A DNA stretch of 64,000 bases from Candidatus Krumholzibacteriota bacterium (GTDB lineage: Bacteria; Krumholzibacteriota; Krumholzibacteriia; LZORAL124-64-63), in assembly GCA_022711765.1 (NCBI GenBank), contig JAKLEB010000002.1:422368-486367 (forward strand). Reading direction: 5' to 3'. Under the pieces are notes generated by a model. The model ran no database searches, was not told the origin of the DNA, and saw only the letters and a program-made list of their open reading frames with translations. The first letter of the stretch is position 1, and the number at the start of each line of letters is the position of its first letter. The translations under genes and the position numbers were made by a program. This document shows, piece by piece, positions 59,935 through 64,000 of the stretch.

Positions 59935-61374
59935 ATGGCCCGGGCCAGCACGAACTACGTCTGCGGCGACTGCGGCCACGCGGAGGTCCGCTGGTACGGG
60001 CGCTGTCCGTCCTGCGGGGCGTTCGGGACGTTCCGGGAGTTCCGCGAGGCGTCGCCGGCGAGCGCGGGCCGCGGCTCGCGGGGGTTCCGGTCGTCCGGCG
60101 CCGATCCGGCGAACCTGCGCCCCGTGCCGCTGCGCGAGGTCGACGCCGCCCGCGCGGCGCGGCTGCCGGTCGAGCCGGCCGAGATCGCCCGCGTGCTTGG
60201 GGGCGGGCTGGTGGAGGGGTCGGTCGTGCTGCTGGGCGGCGAGCCCGGCGTCGGCAAGTCGACCCTCCTGACGGGGCTCGCGCTGAACTGGTCGCGGCGC
60301 GGCGTGCGGGTCCTGTACGTCGCCGGCGAGGAATCGCCGCCGCAGATCCGCCTGCGGGCCGAACGGCTGGGATTCAAGCCGGACGAGGAGGCCGGTTTCG
60401 AGATCCTGGCCGAGGTCCGGCTCGAGCCGCTGCTGGCGGCGCTCGAGGACGCGCTCGCGGGCCAGGCCGGCCCCGCGGTGATCATCGCCGACTCGGTGCA
60501 GACCCTGCACGGCGAGCAGGTCGACGCCTACCCCGGCTCGCCGACCCAGATCCGCTACTGCGGCGGCACGCTCGCCGACTTCGCCCGCCGCCACGGCTGT
60601 CCCGTGTTCCTGGTGGGCCACGTGACCAAGACGGGCGACCTCGCCGGCCCCAAGCTCCTCGAGCACATGGTCGACACGGTCCTGTACTTCGAGGGCTCGG
60701 GCGGCGGCGCGATCCGCCTCGTCCGCGCGGTCAAGAACCGCTTCGGGACGACCGGCGAGCTGGCCGTGCTCGAGATGCGGCAGGATGGCCTGGTGCCGGT
60801 CGACGACGCGGGCGTGCTCTTCCTCGGCGGCCGCGAGGGCCGCGAGCCGGGCGCCGCGGTGTGCGCCGTGCGCAACGGGTCCCGGATCTTCCTCGTGGAG
60901 GTGCAGGCGCTCGTGGCAGGGTCGCGTTACGGCACGCCGCAGCGCGTCGTCCAGGGCGTGGACGGCAAGCGCGTGGCCCTGCTCGCCGCTATCCTGGAGA
61001 AGCGGGCCGGGCTTGACCTCTCCGGTTGCGACGTGTTCGTCAAGGTCGCGGGCGGCGGCCGCCTCGACGACCCCGCCGCCGACCTCGCGATCCTCGCCGC
61101 GATCGCCTCGAGCCTGCGCGAGCGGCCGGTTCCCGCGGGAACGCTGATCCTGGGCGAGGTCGGCCTGACGGGCGAGGTGAGGCCCGCCACCGCCGAGAGC
61201 GAGCGCCTGCGCGAAGCCTCCCGCCACGGATTCACGCGCGCAGTGTGCGCGCGGCCCGCGGATGGGCGCGATCGGCCCCGACCGCCGCGCGGTCTCTCGG
61301 TCGCCGCGGCCGAGAGCGTGGAGGAGGCGGTCGCCCTGGCCCTGAGCGCGCACCACGACGCGGAGGAAGGATGA
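59935..61374 (+). CDS. radA: DNA repair protein RadA/Sms
   Basis: CGDCG..WYGRCPSCG, GGEPGVGKSTLL, GHVTKTGDLAGPKLLEHMVD, KNRFG, GEVGLTGEVR. Confidence 0.97.
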   Translation: MARASTNYVCGDCGHAEVRWYGRCPSCGAFGTFREFREASPASAGRGSRGFRSSGADPANLRPVPLREVDAARAARLPVEPAEIARVLGGGLVEGSVVLLGGEPGVGKSTLLTGLALNWSRRGVRVLYVAGEESPPQIRLRAERLGFKPDEEAGFEILAEVRLEPLLAALEDALAGQAGPAVIIADSVQTLHGEQVDAYPGSPTQIRYCGGTLADFARRHGCPVFLVGHVTKTGDLAGPKLLEHMVDTVLYFEGSGGGAIRLVRAVKNRFGTTGELAVLEMRQDGLVPVDDAGVLFLGGREGREPGAAVCAVRNGSRIFLVEVQALVAGSRYGTPQRVVQGVDGKRVALLAAILEKRAGLDLSGCDVFVKVAGGGRLDDPAADLAILAAIASSLRERPVPAGTLILGEVGLTGEVRPATAESERLREASRHGFTRAVCARPADGRDRPRPPRGLSVAAAESVEEAVALALSAHHDAEEG

Positions 61375-61384
61375 GCCGCCGGCC

Positions 61385-62176
61385 ATGACCCAGATCCTGC
61401 AGCCCCGGCTCTACCTGGCCATCCTCGCCGGCGGCCAGTCGACCCGCGCCCGCCGCGGCGACAGCAGCGCGCCCAAGCAGTTCCGCGAGGTCGCCGGCGA
61501 GGCGCTCTTCCTCCACGGCCTGCGCGAGCTCGCGCACGCGCCGGGCATCGCCCGTGCGGTCGTGGTCGTGCCCGACGCGTGGCGGCCGATCGCCGAGCAA
61601 TCGCTCGAGGCTGCCGCGCTTCCCCTGCCCGTGACCCTGGCTCCGGCGGGCCGCCACCGCACGGAGTCGGCCTGGCGGGCGCTGCAGGCCCTCGCCGGCC
61701 TGCCGGCCGGCCAGACGCCAGCCCCGAGCGACCTCGTTGCGGTCCATGACGCGGCGCGGCCCTTCGCCACCCGACACCTCCTGGGGCGCCTGGCCCGCGC
61801 CGCCGCGCGCAGCGGCGCCGCCGTGCCCGGTGTGCCGGTGACCGACACGATCGTTCAGCTCGACGCCGAGGCGGTGGCGGCCGACCCGGCCGGATTCGAC
61901 GAGGACGCCGGGCTCGAGGTGCCGGTCGGAGCGTACCTCGAGCGCCGGCTCCTGGTCGCCGTGCAGACCCCGCAGGTCTGCCGCTGGCGGGAGCTGTACG
62001 CGGCCCACGCCTGGGCGGCGGCCGAGCGCCTGAGCTTCACCGACGACGGCGGCCTCGTCGCGGCGCGCGGCGTCGTGCCCGTCGTGGTGATGGGGGAGCG
62101 CGCGAACTGGAAGATCACCACGGAGGACGACTGGCAGCGCGCGGTGGCGCAGCTGCGGCGCGAAGCGGTCCGCTGA
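61385..62176 (+). CDS. ispD: IspD/TarI-family cytidylyltransferase
   Basis: LAGGQSTR, PKQF, VAVHDAARPF, VQTPQ, FTDD, NWKITTEDD; follows radA. Confidence 0.8.
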   Translation: MTQILQPRLYLAILAGGQSTRARRGDSSAPKQFREVAGEALFLHGLRELAHAPGIARAVVVVPDAWRPIAEQSLEAAALPLPVTLAPAGRHRTESAWRALQALAGLPAGQTPAPSDLVAVHDAARPFATRHLLGRLARAAARSGAAVPGVPVTDTIVQLDAEAVAADPAGFDEDAGLEVPVGAYLERRLLVAVQTPQVCRWRELYAAHAWAAAERLSFTDDGGLVAARGVVPVVVMGERANWKITTEDDWQRAVAQLRREAVR

Positions 62177-62194
62177 CGCGCCGCGCCGCGCCGC

Positions 62195-62223
62195 TTGCCT
62201 TGCCGGCGGCGTTCCGTTACCAT
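62195..62223 (+). promoter_or_regulatory. Sigma70-type promoter
   Basis: TTGCCT-17 bp-TACCAT upstream of GTG 62267. Confidence 0.55.
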
Positions 62224-62266
62224 GATAACACAGTGAAATGATAGGCTTTCAACCGGGAGTGACGCC

Positions 62267-62845
62267 GTGTCCCTCGGGCTCCATCGATCGCTCGGTTCGA
62301 CGCTGGCGGTGACGCTCGCGATCCTCGGTCTGGCCGCGCCGGCTGCCGCCCAGTACGTCGTCTTTCCGCGTCTCGGCCTGTCGGCGGCCCCGGACCGCTA
62401 CGAACCGAACATCGAGGTCCACGGCGACGATCCCTTCGACCTCTGGGTCCTCGTCCTGCCGCCCGAGGGCGAGGCGATGCTCGGCAACGAGTACGGCAGC
62501 TTCCACTGGGCGGTGCTCGAGGCCTGCTGCGGGGGCGCCGCGCGGATCGTCGCGCAGGACTACTCGCCGCTCTACCAGCACGAGGGCGACATCCTGTTCG
62601 GCATCGTCTCGTCGGCCCAGGAATGCGGGTCCGGCGACGTCATCGAGCTATGCCGGCTCACCCTCCAGATGACCGTCGACCTGTCGGGCCAGTACTTCAT
62701 CATCGCCGGCCCGCTCTCCCTCGCGTACACCTGCAACTTGGATGGCGTCGTGATGACCGACATGATGGTCTACGTGACCTACGTCGCGGACACGACGCCG
62801 GTCGAGCCGTCGAGCTGGAGCGAGGTCAAGAGCCTGTTCCGGTAG
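62267..62845 (+). CDS. Secreted protein with C-terminal TPVEPSSWSEVKSLFR motif
   Basis: GGGAG RBS + GTG, signal peptide, beta-sandwich-like body, 5 Cys. Confidence 0.75.
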   Translation: MSLGLHRSLGSTLAVTLAILGLAAPAAAQYVVFPRLGLSAAPDRYEPNIEVHGDDPFDLWVLVLPPEGEAMLGNEYGSFHWAVLEACCGGAARIVAQDYSPLYQHEGDILFGIVSSAQECGSGDVIELCRLTLQMTVDLSGQYFIIAGPLSLAYTCNLDGVVMTDMMVYVTYVADTTPVEPSSWSEVKSLFR

Positions 62846-63076
62846 GTGACGGTAGGCGAGACGCGGCGACTAGGCCGATCTCGGCGTCCTGGCGACAGAG
62901 TGCCTCGACCGAGATCCGGATCGACTGCTCGATCGCGACGGCCTTGACCGGAGTTGAGAACCAGAGGACCTCGTCGTCCGGGCCGCATTCGTCGAACCAC
63001 GATAGGGTCGGCGCGGTCGGCAAAGCCTTGTGATCGTGGGCTTCCGATCCCGAGAACCAAGACGGAGGAACAATCC

Positions 63077-63463
63077 ATGCGGATCGCGAAATACGACCTA
63101 CCCGTGAGGATCGACGCCCCGGGTGCCGTGGCCCGGCAGATGACGGATTTCGGCGACGCGAGTGGCTACGGCAAGATCAGCGGCGAGTTCTTCTCGCTCG
63201 GATCCGGCACGGATATCTCGCCGCTGCTCCGGGGACTCGAGGGCGACCTGTGCCATTCGCCGCACTGGGGCTACCTGCTCCAGGGTGAACTCACCGTCAC
63301 CTACGCGGATGGCACCCAGGAGGTGGTCACCCGGGGCGACCTCTTCTATTGGCCGCCTGGACACACGGTCCGTGTCGGCGAAGATGCCGAGATCATCCTG
63401 TTCAGCCCGCAGAAGGAGCACTGCGAGGTCATCGACCACATGCGAGCCAAGATGGCTGGTTGA
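63077..63463 (+). CDS. Cupin domain protein
   Basis: CHSPHWGYLLQGELTVTY, GDLFYWPPGH; GGAGG RBS. Confidence 0.85.
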   Translation: MRIAKYDLPVRIDAPGAVARQMTDFGDASGYGKISGEFFSLGSGTDISPLLRGLEGDLCHSPHWGYLLQGELTVTYADGTQEVVTRGDLFYWPPGHTVRVGEDAEIILFSPQKEHCEVIDHMRAKMAG

Positions 63464-63488
63464 TGGGTCGACATCCGCCGCAACAGTA

Positions 63489-63518
63489 GCCGGGGCCCCG
63501 CGAAATGTGAGCCCCGGC
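63489..63518. terminator. Hairpin between convergent genes
   Basis: GCCGGGGC-N14-GCCCCGGC. Confidence 0.5.
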
Positions 63519-63550
63519 CTGGTCGTTCCGGTTGCGCGGTTGATGCCGCT

Positions 63551-64000
63551 CTATTTGATCATGGTCATGACCCTGGTCGCCTCGAGGTCGCCGACCCGCA
63601 GCCGCGACAGGTAACTGCCGCTCGGCAGTCGGTTGCCGCGGGCGTCTAGCCCGTCGAAGGCGGCCACGTGGCGGCCGACCGCGCCAGCGCCGGAAACGAG
63701 CGTGCGCACGACGCGCCCGCGCAGGTCGAGGACGTCGAGGCGGACCAACCCGCCGTCGCGATCGGCCGGCACCTCGTACGGGATGCTGGTCGAAGGGTTG
63801 AACGGGTTAGGGAAGTTCGCCCCGAGCAGGGTCGCGCTGGCCGGCACGTCCTCGACCGGGGTGCCGGTCGGCAGGCGGTCGATCGCCTGCTGGAGCACGA
63901 TCGTCAGCGCGGGGATGTTCACGCTGCCCCGGTACTGGACGACGCCCTCGCCGTCGATGACGAAGCAGTAGTGGTAGCTGCAGTTGTACATCGACGGAGC
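63551..64000 (-). CDS. Secreted protein with FlgD-Ig C-terminal domain, possibly redoxin-like (5'-truncated)
   Basis: FVIDGEGVVQYRG, TPVE linker, NFPNPFNP..FDGLDARGNRLPSGSYLSRL; frame open to window edge. Confidence 0.75.
   Translation of the reverse strand, partial: APSMYNCSYHYCFVIDGEGVVQYRGSVNIPALTIVLQQAIDRLPTGTPVEDVPASATLLGANFPNPFNPSTSIPYEVPADRDGGLVRLDVLDLRGRVVRTLVSGAGAVGRHVAAFDGLDARGNRLPSGSYLSRLRVGDLEATRVMTMIK

Noticed and set aside
62826-63023. 65-aa minus-strand ORF between the secreted protein and cupin genes
   Set aside because: No RBS or recognisable motif and overlaps the upstream gene end; at most a remnant

Overview
64-kb window of a high-GC (~70%, by eye) diderm bacterial chromosome. 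Five secreted proteins with PNPFNP/FlgD-Ig C-terminal domains and three with a short '...WxxVKxL[FY]R' tail suggest an FCB-group candidate phylum such as Krumholzibacteriota/Latescibacterota (inference). The housekeeping backbone is rho-rpmE-DUF1385-prfA-prmC-murA-selB-ispG, yicC-gmk // rpoZ-coaBC-udg // dnaB, mlaEFD, leuS, dksA-like and radA-ispD, interleaved with accessory genes. Strongest candidates for undescribed systems: (1) a two-gene graspetide (ATP-grasp RiPP) locus with a 295-aa precursor carrying two different repeat arrays (DTIKE x5, TxxxxD x4) around an internal PFVMATPHH motif; (2) a five-gene cluster with an atypical-kinase/Omp85 fusion, a PAP2 phosphatase, two ATP/ADP-translocase (TLC/Npt) family transporters and a membrane Ser/Thr kinase, possibly an extracytoplasmic phosphorylation system fed with exported ATP; (3) a 16-residue C-terminal motif TPVExx[ST]WxxVKx[LM][FY]R on three unrelated secreted proteins, a candidate sorting signal. 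Both (1) and (2) lie in a 16.5-kb block separating gmk from rpoZ. Also noted: phased DnaA-box-like 9-mers upstream of dnaB, a beta-helix gene with a low-GC core, an orphan lysine 2,3-aminomutase-like enzyme and a one-Cys DksA. No rRNA, tRNA, CRISPR array, transposase or integrase was recognised. All assignments come from motif reading, with no database searches.
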